Assembly: GCA_951406725.2 (NCBI GenBank)
Contig: OX597817.1
Location: 87,792,001-87,856,000, forward strand
Length of the DNA stretch: 64,000 nt
Direction of reading: 5' to 3'
Source of the DNA: Octopus vulgaris
Lineage: Eukaryota
How positions within the stretch are numbered: the stretch's first letter is position 1; every line of letters starts with the position of its first letter. The notes beneath the pieces were generated by a model. It made no database searches. It was not told the DNA's origin and worked only from the letters and a program-made list of their open reading frames with translations. Position numbers and translations under genes: made by a program. Below, one piece after another: positions 38,200-51,395 of the stretch.

Positions 38200-39840
38200 T
38201 CTTCTCAAGCACGGCATATCGCCAAAGGTTTTGATCACTTGTCATTGTCTCCATGAGGCCCAACATTCGAAGATCATGCTTCATCACCTTGTTATATGCC
38301 TTCCTGGGTCTACCTCTTCCACAGGTTCCCTCCACAGTTAGAGATCAGATTTCTTTACACGGTTGTCCTCATCTATACACATTACATTACTGTACCAGTG
38401 TAGTTGCCTCTTATGCCCAACTTTTCTCTCAAGATGCTTATACTCTGTTGTACATGCACACTGACAATGTACATCCAGCAAAGCATACTAGTTTCACTTC
38501 TTTCATGCCTTCACATTTCCTCGGTGATCACTGCCTTTGTAGCATGTCTCTTTGGACACAGACATTGTACAATCTGCCTTTCACTCTGAGGGAGATGCTC
38601 TTTGTTACCAACAGAGGTAGGAGCATTCTGAACTATGCCCAGCCTATCCTTATTCTTGCAGCTATGCTCTTGGAGCATCCACCTCTGCAACTAACTTGGT
38701 CACCTAGGTAACAGAAACTATCAACTACTTCTAGTTTTTCCCTTGGCATTTGATGGTGTCATTTTTAGTGTTAATTATATCTGTGCACTTCTTATGTGTT
38801 CATAGCTTACACCAGTTACATATTATGGAGTTACTACCTACACATTTTCTACAGATTGAGCAGAGCCATCTATCTGAAGGGATTTGTGATTTGTCAGCTC
38901 TCTTACTGACTAAGACTTTGGTCTTTGCTAGATTAACTGATTTAGCTAGACCTTGCTTCCACACATGAAATTTCTTCTCTAGTTCTAGTATTGATTCAGC
39001 TATCAAAACAAGGTCATCAACATAGAGGAACTCCCAGGGGCAACCCATCTTAAATTCCTCTCTTATTGCCTGGAGAACTGTGATAAACAAGAGGGGGCTG
39101 AGGATTGATCCTTGGTGAACTCCTACTTGTACCCTGAATTCCTCACAATACTCATTGCTAACCTTCACCTTACAGACAGCATCCTTGTACATGATTTGTA
39201 CAACTCTCACCAACCACTCATTTATTCCTAGCTTCCATATTGACCACCAGATAAGGGATCAGGAGACTCTGTCAAAGGCTTTCTCCATGTCAACATTTGG
39301 TTAAATATTTCTCCTGCAGGAATTTACCACCAGTCATGCTCCTGCCTGGCACAAATCTGAACTGCATTTCATCTACACTAATTCTCTCTCTAATTGAGAT
39401 ATGACCTCTGTATGACTTTCATCACCTGGTATGTCAGTTTGATGCCTCTGTAATTATTCCTATCTAAAGTGTCAGCTTTGCCTTTGTAGCAGTTGATTAT
39501 GATGCTGTTACACTAATCATTGTGTATGACTCACTCATGGACAACCTCATTAACTATACAGGTGACTAAGTTATATCCTACTCCACCAGATATTTTAAGC
39601 ATCTCAGTGGAAATTCCTGATGGGCTAGTGGCTTTCCTTGTCTTTATGTCCTTAATTATTTATCTACTAAGTTACTGTCAATTCAGATAGCTAGTCCTTT
39701 TGTTGGTTCAACAATTAGCAGACTCTCCTTTTTCCATTCATTCTCTATATCTAGCAACCTTTCATAATGGCATTTCCAAGACTCTTTCTTTGCAGAATCA
39801 TTAAATGCAAGTGTACCATCATCCATACAGACACATTTGT
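38200..39840 (-). mobile_element. RTE-clade LINE ORF fragment, decayed
   Basis: ORF 38800..39213: VGVHQGSILSPLLF, EFLYVDDLVLIA, WLCSICRKCVGSNSIICNWCKL, then FCYLGD; joins a family-3 tail at 37800-38260. Confidence 0.9.
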
Positions 39841-39863
39841 ATGTACATATATGCATATGTATG

Positions 39864-39909
<46 letters not shown>

Positions 39910-40002
39910 ACTATAAATAAGGGTGTCTACCTTTGTATGGTATTTTTTCCCATGCTAGCCACTTGATAATATCGATATTCAAACATCGATATTATCCTTA
40001 TT

Positions 40003-40051
<49 letters not shown>

Positions 40052-40169
40052 TTATAGGTATGTATATAAGTTTGTATATATGTATACACACACATGCATG
40101 TGTGCACTCACGCACACACACACTCACGCTCACACACACACACTCACACTCACACACACACACTCACAC

Positions 40170-42330
40170 ACAGAAGATGTTGAGCCTCTAAGAGATGATA
40201 GGGTACTGAAATGAGCTATGGTTGACCAACATCCCTGTGCCCACTCTCAAGATGGCTGTACATAAGGAGTTTTGGTATTCTTTCGTTACTCATTCTGATG
40301 ACATGGCCAACACAGTGTAATTGTGATTGCATAAGGAAGCTTTCAATTCCACCAATCTTACACTTGCTAAATGGGTTGACATTAGAAATTTGTCTTTTAA
40401 TAAATAACCTCAGATTCTCCTCGGAGAGCCTTTGTGGAAGATGTCTAGTTGGTTAATGTTTTGTCTATAGAGTATCCACAATTCTGAGCCATACAAGAGA
40501 GTAGTAAGAATGGCTGCTTTATAAACTTTGGTGTCAAGTTTGATGCCCCTTTCATTCCATAGGCAATTACAGAGTTTGCCAAATGCATTGGTTGCCTTTG
40601 CAAGACAGTTGACAATTTCATCATCAAGGGAAGCACTTGAGTTCACTTTACTACCAAGATATGTAAATGACTTTGCATAATGTAGGTTTTATCCCATCAA
40701 CCTGTATAGGAGGGTCAGGAAAATTGTGAATCAGTGGCCTCTGCTTGACATCTCAACTTTGTTTAAAAGTAGGGCAAGTTTGGTGGATTACTTCTGTCTT
40801 CTTTATGCTGATGGTCAAACCAAAGGTTTTATATGCAGCAGAAAACCAGTCCAGAAGTTCCTGAGCTTCTTCTAATGAGGTCACTACTTTCAAAAAGTAG
40901 ATCATGAATAATACTGGTGTGTAGCAGTGTTCTGGTTTTTAAATGCTGATGATTGAATAGTCCACCACTTGTTCAAAACTGGAATTTAACACCACTTTGT
41001 ATGTTGCCAAAAGCATACCTCAGCATCACTGAAAAGAAGAGTGCAAACAAAACAGGAGCCATAACACAGCTTTGCTTTGTGCCATTTGTAATGTTGAAGG
41101 AAGCCAAAGATTCCCCACTGGACACAACAGTAGCCTTCATTCATTCATGAAAGATGATAACATTCAACATCTTGTCAGGTATACCAAGCTTTTTCAGAAC
41201 CTTCCATAGTGCTTGCCAGTTAACAGTGTCAAAAGTATTAGTAAGGTCAATGAATATCATGAGGTTTTCTCCTATACCTTCTCCATGACCTGTTGAAAGG
41301 AAAAGATCATGTTGATAGTACCACAACCAGAGGGAAATCAACACTGTAATTCTAGATAGATATCATTTACAATGTGTTTGATGATCCTGTCAAGAATGAG
41401 TTGAACAAGAATCTTACCAGCAATAGACAGAAACAATATCCCATAATGATTATCATATACATTTCTGTTTCCTTTGTTCTTATAAAGATGTTGAATTGAG
41501 GCATCCTTGAAGTCCTGTGGTACACAGCCTACCATCCAAATATTTATGAAGTGGTCATGCAGTTTCTTAAAAAGCTTCTGTCTATCATGCTTGTAGATTT
41601 CAGGAGGGACAGCATCCCTGCCAGGTGCTTTACCAGAAGAGATCTATTTAATAGAGTTTACCACTTCTAGGAAGGCTGGCTCCAGAGATGGTTCCAGTAT
41701 TTCAGTGTGCTGTGGAATAGACATTATGACATGCCATCATAAAAGGCTTTAGAATCCTTTCTGTCTGCAGCTTCTTTGAGATCGGTAGCCTTAGAAGACC
41801 ACCAAGCCTCCTTCATCTGTCTCAGAGCACATTGGACCTGGCCTCTGCATTTCTTGTAAACATTCTCTTTTCTGGATGAGCTCTTCTCATTTATCCATGT
41901 TTTGTGAGAGTTGTGCATTTTATCTAGCAACTGTTGGAAATCTGTGTTGTTATCGCTGAACCAATCTTGATGTTTACAAACAGGAAATCCAAGAACCTCT
42001 ACAGATGTAGAGTGTGTTGCATCATGCAGAGCCTTCCAAGATGATTCTATGTCATCATTGATATAAACAGTGATGAGTGCAGTGTCCACCTTGATAGAGA
42101 GCTCAGCCTGCTTTTCAAGTTTTAATGCACTTAGGCACTGATGACTTTTGTAGTCCTGCGTGTTTCAGATGGAACGTAGCCTTACTATAGACAAGAGAAT
42201 GGTCAGAAAGATAGCAGATGTCATGAAAGGAATGTGTAATGTTAAAGTTCCCAATATCTCATTTCTTAGTGATAACATGGTCTATGAGATGCCAATCCTT
42301 AGATCTAGGATGCACCTAGATCATCTTGTG
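40170..42330 (-). mobile_element. BovB-like RTE LINE, 5'-truncated, many frameshifts
   Basis: HQDWF, KAPGRD, VPQDFKDASIQHLYKNKG..DNHYGILFLSIAGKI, FIDLTNTFDTVN, FTYLGS, LDDEIVNCLAKATNAFGKL, LLYGSE. Confidence 0.9.
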
Positions 42331-43682
42331 ACAATTTCACTGTTGCAATTTCCCCTTAATATATGAAATTAAATACATCAAATTTAAAATATAAATATAA
42401 ATGTAGATATAAATAAAATAAGATAACAGTATATTACATATATACATTTTGTTGGATGGCTATTGACTACCAATGAGTTCATCCGCAGAGGAACCTATAT
42501 ATATACATCCATAAATATATACATGTGTGTGTGTATGCATACATATACATGTATGTATGTCTTGAAAATCTCTAAGAAAACTGGAAATATGAGTTCAAAA
42601 TAACCAAAATTTGAAATGAGTCTGAATGAAATACTGCATATTTAATTCTTTATTGCCCACAAAGGGCTAAACATAGGGGGGACAAACAAGGACAGACAAA
42701 GGGACTAAGGTGATTACATTGACCCCAGTGCGTAATTGGTACTTATTTAATCGACCTCGAAAGGATGAAAGGCAAAGTCAACCTCAGCAGAATTTGAACT
42801 CAGAACATAGTGGCAGATGAAATGCCACCAAGCATTTCACCCGGCATGCAAATGATTCTGCCAGCTCACCGCCTTCAAATATTGTATACTATGAAATTAA
42901 TATACTGCACAGAAAGTATCTTAAAAAAAATACAAAAATATGAGGTTTAAGTATTACATTTAAAATTTTTGACAATGCCATGTATTTTATGGAAAATTCA
43001 AATAATTTCCCAAACAAATTTTAACTTTCCATTCCATGTGATAACATTACCTTCCTTAGAATAGTAACTGGAACAAATGTGTGTATGCAATTTTTTTTTT
43101 TTTTGTTTAATTCTCAAAAATTCTCACTAGGCAAAATTTTCAGGTGAGTTTTGTTTTTATTCTGTTTACATGTTACAACATTATTGTGTATCAGGTAAAT
43201 ATAACAACTTAATTTGATTTCTTTTGTTGTAAACATATAGGCTACATATTTTTCAGGTGTTTTCAGACAGTACAGTAGTTACATTTTTTTCTCTTTCCAT
43301 CATACTGAAAATATCTATCTTTGTATCTATCTTATATATATAATTTTCAGAAATTCCCTATGATCCCAGTTCGAAGAGATATTTTCTGCCAAAATACTTC
43401 TGTGCAAACATATCAATCAATACATATTTAAAACATTTTTTTTCTTTTCTCCCCATTCTCTCTGTCACCTCTCTCTCTCACTCCAGATATGCATGTGTAC
43501 ATATATGTATTGTGTGTATATAGATATATGTATATATTGTATGCATGTGTAGATATACGGGTGTATACATATATAAGTATACACATATCCTTCCATCTCT
43601 ACTAGGATTGTTTCTGTACATGATGCATCTCTCTCTCTTCACATCTTTCTCAATCTAATGTGTATATAAATATATGTGTATA

Positions 43683-44412
43683 TATGAGGGAAAGGCAAAA
43701 ATTATACACACTCTTGCTTTTTCAATGTATCTACACAAAAGCAGGAGATTAACAAATACAGCATTTTTTCTGTATAGTCTCCTTCTTTTTTGATGCATTT
43801 GATCCAGTGGTCCACAAGCTTGTATATTCTCTCCAAGCAGGTGTAGTGGTCTATATTGCTAAATAGTTGAATGATCTCCCTTGCAAGAAAGATTATAGAG
43901 TAAACTCCCTTTACTAAATTTCTCGAAGCATCTGTGTCATGAGAAGGGATTCTTAATTATTCAAGAAGCTTAGCATTTCTCTTGGAGGTTTCTAGAATGT
44001 CTAGTGTTCCATTAATAAAAACAGCTTGCTAACCCTGCTCTTCGCTTCTTAGTCAATTAGACTTAGTGCCATTCATGTCATTGCTATGTCTGTCTATTTC
44101 TCTATGCCACATGACTGAAAATCACTACTTAGCTGTTATTTCTACATTTTCTGTCTCTGGACTTTCTTGTATAGATTACTTCATTCAACAAGATTCTACA
44201 TTTTGATTATGTATCATCATCGGCCAGTAAATAAAATATATTTTTATGTAGTAAATATATAAGTTCTTGAATTGATCTTTCATCTCTATATGAACTCTTG
44301 TAATAATATACATGCAGCCACATCAACACCTTGTACTGACTATTATATCACTACAAAGGTTTTCAGTTAGTTGTACAACTATTTATGCATTGCTTCTTTC
44401 ACATCTTCATCC

Positions 44413-44443
<31 letters not shown>

Positions 44444-45866
44444 ATTTGGCTCAAAAGCAAATAGCAAGGCCATGTAGGGGGACATGGAGTTAAGTACAGG
44501 GTGGTGTTCATGTAAAGAGTTCAGGCCACTTGAGGTCCAGGGAGGCTTTGAACAAAGCGGTCATCGGCATCTTCACCATCTCGTCTGGCAGCTTGTTCCA
44601 CGGATCCGCAACCCGGACGGAGAAAGCTCCTCTCCTTCGATTGAGATGAAATCGTCGCAGGTAGAGCTTTTCGGAATGAGCCCGCAGCCGACGCTCCGGA
44701 GCAGGAGTGAAGAACAGCTCTTTCGAGAGGTTACACTTCCCGCTTATGATGTTGTGGGCGAGAATGAGATCACCACGGCGGCGGCGTTTTTCAAGAGAAC
44801 AAAGGTCGAGCGTCCTCAGCCTTTCTTCGTAGGACAAATTTTTGAGACCATGAACCATGCGGGTAGCCAGCCTCTGGACTCTTTCGAGGTGCTGTATGTC
44901 TTTGAGGAGATAAGGAGAAGAGGCTTGAATCCCATACTCCAATATGGGTCTCACCAGCGTGACATAGAGTGGCAGGAATATGGCTGCTGTGAGCATTCCG
45001 AATGACCGTCGAATCAAAAACAGAATTCCGCGCGCTTTGTTGGCAGCATGGACGCACTGGGCCGAAGGCGAAAAGGAGGAATCCACCAAGATACCCAGGT
45101 CCTTTACCTGATCGGTCCTCTCCAGCAGCAGACGACCCGGCTCGAAATCAAGTTGAGTTGCAGGAGTAGAGCCGACAGGCAGATGACAGCACTTTGACAC
45201 GTTCAGACACAGGTCCCAATCGTTAGACCACTTCCAAATTTGGTGGAGGCATCGACGAAGATCCTCTATACTACCGCGAGGAGCGACCAGTTTGATATCG
45301 TCGGCAAATAGAAGGGTGTGTTGCGTGAGGTCGTCGGGCAAGTCATTTATGAAGACTAAGAACAACAGGAAATTGATGACCTCAATAACAATCTTAGAGT
45401 GGTCTAAAGATATGATAGTTGGAAGGAGTGAGATCTGGGCTGTAGACAAGGTGTTCCAGCCCCTCAAAACCCAATTTGTTAATGGTTTCAACAGTCTGGT
45501 TAGCTGTGTGTGGGCGTGCATTGTCATACAACAAAACTTTCTTCAACAATAGCCTTTGAGGTTTGGTGTGAATTGCTTACTTCAGTTTATTGGCCAGCAA
45601 AGCGCTGTATCTTGCATTGTTGATTATACACCTCTTTTCCAGAGAAATCAGATCACTACTCTTTGTTATTCTTTGGTACGCATTGCTAGTGGAGTGGCCA
45701 TACTTATACTATATAGCCAGAAAGAAAAATGATGTGATCAGACTCAAACTTCGACCATGTGACCACATTAGTACCAACTATAAGCACACATGCACAGAAG
45801 GCAGTGTGACAATAGATAAAGATATGTTATGATGAAAGTGCAGATAATGTTTGACTTCCTCTTGTA
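43683..45866. mobile_element. Mariner-like DNA transposon relic containing nested LINE insertions
   Basis: TATGAGGGAAAGGCAAAAATTATAC at left; reverse complement of right end TACAAGAGGAAGTCAAACATTATC; decayed RT-like fragment (about 43860-44410) and a young CR1 inside. Confidence 0.65.
44414..45369 (-). mobile_element. Young 5'-truncated CR1-clade LINE (RT C-half plus 3' UTR plus (AACT)n tail)
   Basis: Uninterrupted LFLVFINDLPD, LFADDIKL, KDLGILVD, LVRPILEY, LERVQRLATR, SYEERL, RRRGDLI, FSVRVADPWNKLP; tail (TAGT)n at 44414-44443; the N-terminal about 53 aa of ORF 44508..45527 is flank read-through. Confidence 0.95.
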
Positions 45867-46399
45867 CATATAGACATATATTTATCCTTCCATATATTTA
45901 TCCTTCCAACAGGATTGCTTTGTACTCATTCTTCACTTCTTTCTCTCTCTCCTCTCTCTCAGCCTATTCACCCTAACCCTTCATGCACTCCATTCCTTCC
46001 CCATTTACCTTCCTCTCCCTTCCACCCTCCCCATTCCATTTACTCTTCTCTCTGTCTCAACTTACATTCCTACCTCTCTTTCCCCTCACATATTCATTTG
46101 CTCACCTTTTTCACCCTTCACTTTCACTCCTCCCTCAACCTCCACCGGCTCCCTTCTTTCACCCTCCACTTGCTCCCTTCTCTCTCCCTTCATTTTCTCT
46201 CCTCTTTTGCCCCTGCTCTCCTTTCTGTCTCAACTTACTCTCCCCCTCCCACTCCTAATATTCCCATCATTCTCTCTCTCACTCTCACTTGCTCTCTCAT
46301 TTCACTTTCTGCACCCATAAACAAATCACCCATATATATCCACACATCACAGAGGAGGAGGTAAATAGGGTAGTGACGATGTCAAGAAACTGGAAGACT

Positions 46400-48345
46400 A
46401 CTGAGATAGAATTGTTTCGCAGAGCTGGGGTGGATTGCCAAATATGATTCACCCAACAACCTTATTGTAGCAGCCCTGAAAAGCAACAGATTTGTCAGCT
46501 CCATGGTGCAAATAGGGCAGAAAAAAAATGAATTTATTTGCTCCTATGCACTCATCAGGGCACAATTGGATTAACTGGATACCATTTTTAAAAATGGTGA
46601 ATCTCCAAGTGAAACACCTGACACAAAGAACATTACCAATGTTGAAACCACATGTGGAAAGCTCAATAACGAAAGTAACAACAAGGCAGCCATTAATGAG
46701 GATATTTATGTTCACAGAGATGAAGAAATTGACAAAAGAAGGAAAATGAGAGCTCTTTAAAAAAGATAGCCCCCAACTCCACCTCTCAAAGTAGCAGAGA
46801 AGGTAAAGGAACCAACCAAAAGCTTAATGGAACAGAGTTCAGAGCCAAAGAAAAACCACAGAAAGAAACAGCAAAAGAAACAAAATGCTACAAGAAGTAC
46901 ATGACATCTGTAAATACCATCTAAAAGTTGTCTGCTGGAATGGAGAGATAGAGATGAAATTCCACTTTGCACATCGAAAGTTCAGACAGAACAGAACCCA
47001 AGGCAAAAAGCACTCTCTCCTTATCCAACAAGATAGGGTAAAACCATGCACAGATGAACTTGTATCCCAATACAGACTTGCAGTGAAGAAACCCACTAAA
47101 AAACTGTATGCAGCTTCAGTGCAAGCTGCAACCATAGAACAGCAGAATTTTTTTTAAGTGTGGCACAAAAGATGGTGCAGCAGCTGGCATGGTTGCAAAC
47201 AAAGCTAAGCTGTGCACACCCAAACACAATACTGCCATAGATAATAAACCTAGGATGTCTACCATTGCTGCAAAGCCAACCATCACACCTATTCTTCTGA
47301 TCAAACAACAAAACAACAGCAAGTGCAAAATTGCATACCTGAGGGATCTTTTTGCATGCAATCAAGATATATGCATTGCACTTAGGGAGATATATCTGTC
47401 TGCAGATATAAATGATGTAGAGATACATGTACCAATGTATGCTGCATTCTGTGCACAGAGAAGAAAATGAAGTCATAGCAGAGTTGCATTGTAAATCCAT
47501 GAAGATGTGATACTACTAACCCTGTTATCACATTCAAATTCAGTCTGTGACACACTCATAGTGCATTCAAAGCAATTTGATATAGTAATATGCACAGTGT
47601 ATCACCCACTCCATGGGTGATACACTGTGCAAATCACAATGGTAAATTTGAGGAGCAAAACACATTCATCTAGCCTTGAGGAACAAAACTAGATGAATGT
47701 GTTAATGTACTTCTGATGGGTGATTGCGACTTCCCCAACATCAGAGGGCCAAAAGGCAACTTAATCTCAGGAATGACACTCAAAGAGCACAATCAAGCAA
47801 TAACTCTACTTGATTCCATGCAATGCTGTTCATAGCACAAACCATACTCTCCCCAACCACAAACAATAAGATATTGGACCTCTACTTCACCAACAATGTA
47901 GAACTTTCCACAATTTGAAGATATCGCCAACAATCTTCTCAGACCAAAACATGATACAACCAACGATGCATGGTCCAGAACTAAATAATGATATATTCCA
48001 CACAGATGCCACCCAACCCCTATCAAATCTGAAGTTTTAGAAGGCTGACCGAGAATCAATTGAAAAATAGATACTTCAGCAAAATTGGCAAAAAAGTCTC
48101 TATGCAAGACATTGATATGAAATTTAAAGAATTCATGTCAATGATGTGAGCCCTATACATTAAATTTGTCACAGGCAAGAGAGCCTACATACAAAAACAT
48201 CATTCCTCAAGACAGAAGAGCTCTTTATGAGCTGAGGAATAAAGATCTCCAATCACTTAAGCAGCTTAATGTCAGTGAGAAATTCCTCCTCAAAGAACAT
48301 TCTTAGAGATCGAAAATAAACTCAGATTCTCTCTTAAAATATGAA
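46400..48345 (+). mobile_element. Old CR1/Zenon-like LINE 5' part: ORF1 with CCCH-like remnant and AP endonuclease, decayed
   Basis: ICKYHLKVVCWNG...FAH; KIAYLRDL..ICIALREIYLSADINDVEIHVP (ETHL-like motif); ICTVYHP; VLLMGD..FPNI; ILDL.FTNN. Confidence 0.7.
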
Positions 48346-48727
48346 AATGAATTTTAAAGCCTTCCACAAGTTTGTGTGTGTGCGTGTGTGTGTGTGTGTG
48401 CTTGTGCGTGTGTTTGTTTGTGTGTATGTCAGAGTCAGTGCATGAACTGGGAATCCACAGAAAGGATTATTATTTGTTAGCTAGTTAATCAATTGACTAT
48501 TCACTTGCTTGATTAATTGTTTGATCAATCACTCAACCAACCAATTTCTTAGAGAGCTTTCATCACCATTCACAACTACATCAATTATATGACATAGTAG
48601 TTACTCCAGATCAAATGATCAATCAAGCAATCAAGTAGTTAATTGGTTTACTAGTTGACTAATAATAATTAAAAGAAGAGAGTGTGTACATTTCTTATAG
48701 ACCAAATGACCCTCCCAAGACACAACT

Positions 48728-48733
<6 letters not shown>

Positions 48734-48761
<28 letters not shown>

Positions 48762-48890
48762 TGTATGTATGTATGTATGCATGCATGCATGCATGTATGT
48801 ATGTATATTTGTATGTATGTATGTATGTATGTATGTATGTATGTATGCATGCATGCATGTATGTATGTATATTTGTATGTATGTATGTAT
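48734..48890. repeat. (TATG)n/(CATG)n microsatellite
   Basis: Direct observation; many (TA)n and (TG)n tracts elsewhere (e.g. 25614-25697, 32263-32335, 37654-37802, 60722-60776, 61271-61344). Confidence 0.97.
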
Positions 48891-51049
48891 GTCAGTCAGT
48901 CACCATCATCATTTAACATCTTTTTTTGTGCTGGGATGGATTAGACAGTTCAACAGGAACCAAAGAGTCAGCAGGCTATGCTGAGCTCCAGTATCTGCTC
49001 TGGCATGGTTTTTACTGAAGGCTGTCCTTCCTAATGCCAACAACATAAGAGAGTATGTCAGATGCTTTTACTATGGCACCAGCATTATTAAGGTCACCAA
49101 GTACTACAAGAGAAGCTCTCTAAACTAAGTGGGGTATAGTGTTGAGGGATGTGAAAGTATGACTGAGGGATGGGAACAGGTCTTGTTGAAATGGTGAATG
49201 TATGGAAAGCTGGAAAGTGAGGTAGATGGTGAGGGCATACTTTCAAGGTACAAGGTCAGTATGAAGGAGAAAATAGTGGGAAGAGAAAAAGTGGGTGGGT
49301 AGGTAAATGCACTACAATTTGAAAAGATTGTGACAAGATGATTGGAGATGAGGATTGAAGTGGACACAATGAATATCAATTTGAGGGAGAGGGAGTAAAG
49401 GAAATAGATGTGTGTCAGGGATGGGGGGCAGTGAGTGCATGCTATTGACAATGCCCATGGTGGCAGAAATGCACACCAAGCATTCTCACTAGCTGCAGGA
49501 TAATTTTGTCTGCTTCTGATATATATTGTATTTTTAAACACAGCATATTCATAAGAGATATTAGCTCTTGATAAATACAGCAGTAAATTTGTTTTTTCAT
49601 GATGTATTTACATTCAGTATGGTACACAGAAGTCTATTATAATTTCATACTGCTTTTGTTGCATATAACAGATGTGTGTGTGAATGTGTGTGTGTGTGTG
49701 TGTGTGTGATGTTCATTATATTGCTTGTGTGGCGAAAAATATTCTGTCTTTTGTTTTTACTTTATCTTTTTCTTTCCAAATCATGTTTTGTCTACACTCT
49801 TTCTCACTTGGGAACATGTTTGATTCAACTTATTACTTTCGTTACCACATTTAATATTGTTATTCACTATTTATTTTCTGGCTTATCGCCATGTTACATT
49901 TCTCACCTGTCTCTCTTACAACTGAAACTTCATCATACTTACAGTTCATAGCACTTTCTAATTTAAACGAGCTTCTAATTTAAAATTCTGTTTCAAACAA
50001 CCGTTATCTAATTTCATCTGTTGGCTTATTGTTATGTATTGAATCTGTTATGTGTCAAAATATAACAAATCTGTAGTGGTTTTATGTTTACATTACCAGT
50101 TACTATCTTCCTTGCTTCTGGCTACATTGCACACTTATGGAATTATTGTTGAATACCTGTATAACTTTGGATATTTAATATCAAAATGCTGAGCTAAGCT
50201 GGCATGAATTAAAAGCAAGATAACAAAGCTAAGTGAAAATAAACAAATATAGATGTACTGAGATGTAAGATAATCTGAATTTGTCTGAATAGTGATTTCC
50301 AAGTTAAAATGTTTGAATTCAAGAGCAGTTTGTTGATGCAGCAGAAGCCTTTCGACTATTTTCTTTGATGTCGGTTTTGTGTGGGTTTTTGTTTTAACCC
50401 TTTGACTCATTAGTATGTTTGAATTTCAGACCTACATATTCATACATAAATATTAGTGAAACTATCACAATGTTGATACCTCACCAACTAATTCTAATTA
50501 GTTAGTGAAAGTGTTGACCTCATGAAGTGGCCACAATAATGAGCCCACTTACTAACAAATTGAAACTGAACATTACACCACTTGATGATGTTAGACAACC
50601 TTATGAAATGATTAGCAATAAAAAATCAATGAGATCAGAGAGCCCCTTGATTTATATGAATGCAGTGGATATCTAATTATTTTTACACTGAATAAGCTAA
50701 ACTAATGATGTAAACAACCGTCCAGTCATTTTGTTTTTCTTTTTAGTTATTACCTACTTAGTGTGTTTTCACTAGAATTCTGCATTCTCTGTAATCATTC
50801 TAAGATCTTCAGTAACAGCTGAAAATTCTATGGTGATGAGGTCTTGTAAGATTGAAATATTTCCAAAGTTGCCCTCTTACTACCAAGTATTAAATTCAAC
50901 TTTCCACTACCTTCAATTTTTTTTTTTTTTTTTTTAATTTCAATTCTGACTGTTTCTCTTGACTTTCTTCATCAAAATTAATCATTAAGATAATTTTTTT
51001 TTTATTGTCAATAGAAATTTAGTTTGAATTGATTAAAACTTCTTGGCTC

Positions 51050-51395
51050 ACTGCATTCACTATAGTGACTCCCATGTCTGTCACTACTATCACTATGGTA
51101 ACACCCATTTCACTCCATTCCCTATGATAACTCCCACTTCTCTACTATCACTATGGTAACGCCCACTTCACTGATGATGCCAGCAAGTTGGCTGCCAGAA
51201 GGGAATATCTTCTGATATTTCATTTACTTTAGTATAATGAACAGCATTAAGGAGAGTACCAATATGTAGATTCCCCCAGCACCACTATCAATATGCAAAT
51301 TACATCTATCTCACTACCAATATGTAAATTACCTCTATATCACTATCAATTTGTAAATTACCTCTCCACCATGACCAATATGTAAATTACCTCTA
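51050..51395. repeat. Two adjacent short minisatellites (about 29-bp and 28-bp units)
   Basis: cactatggtaac(t/a)cccacttc x4 (51057-51170); accaatatgtaaattacctct x5 (51258-51395). Confidence 0.75.

Noticed and set aside
44484-45057. Overlapping ORFs 44484..45005 (+) and 44791..45057 (-)
   Set aside because: Shadow frames of the GC-rich CR1 insertion
51171-51205. CTGATGA followed by hairpin TGCCAGC-AA-GTTGGC
   Set aside because: No GAAA, stem III or stem I; insufficient for a hammerhead call
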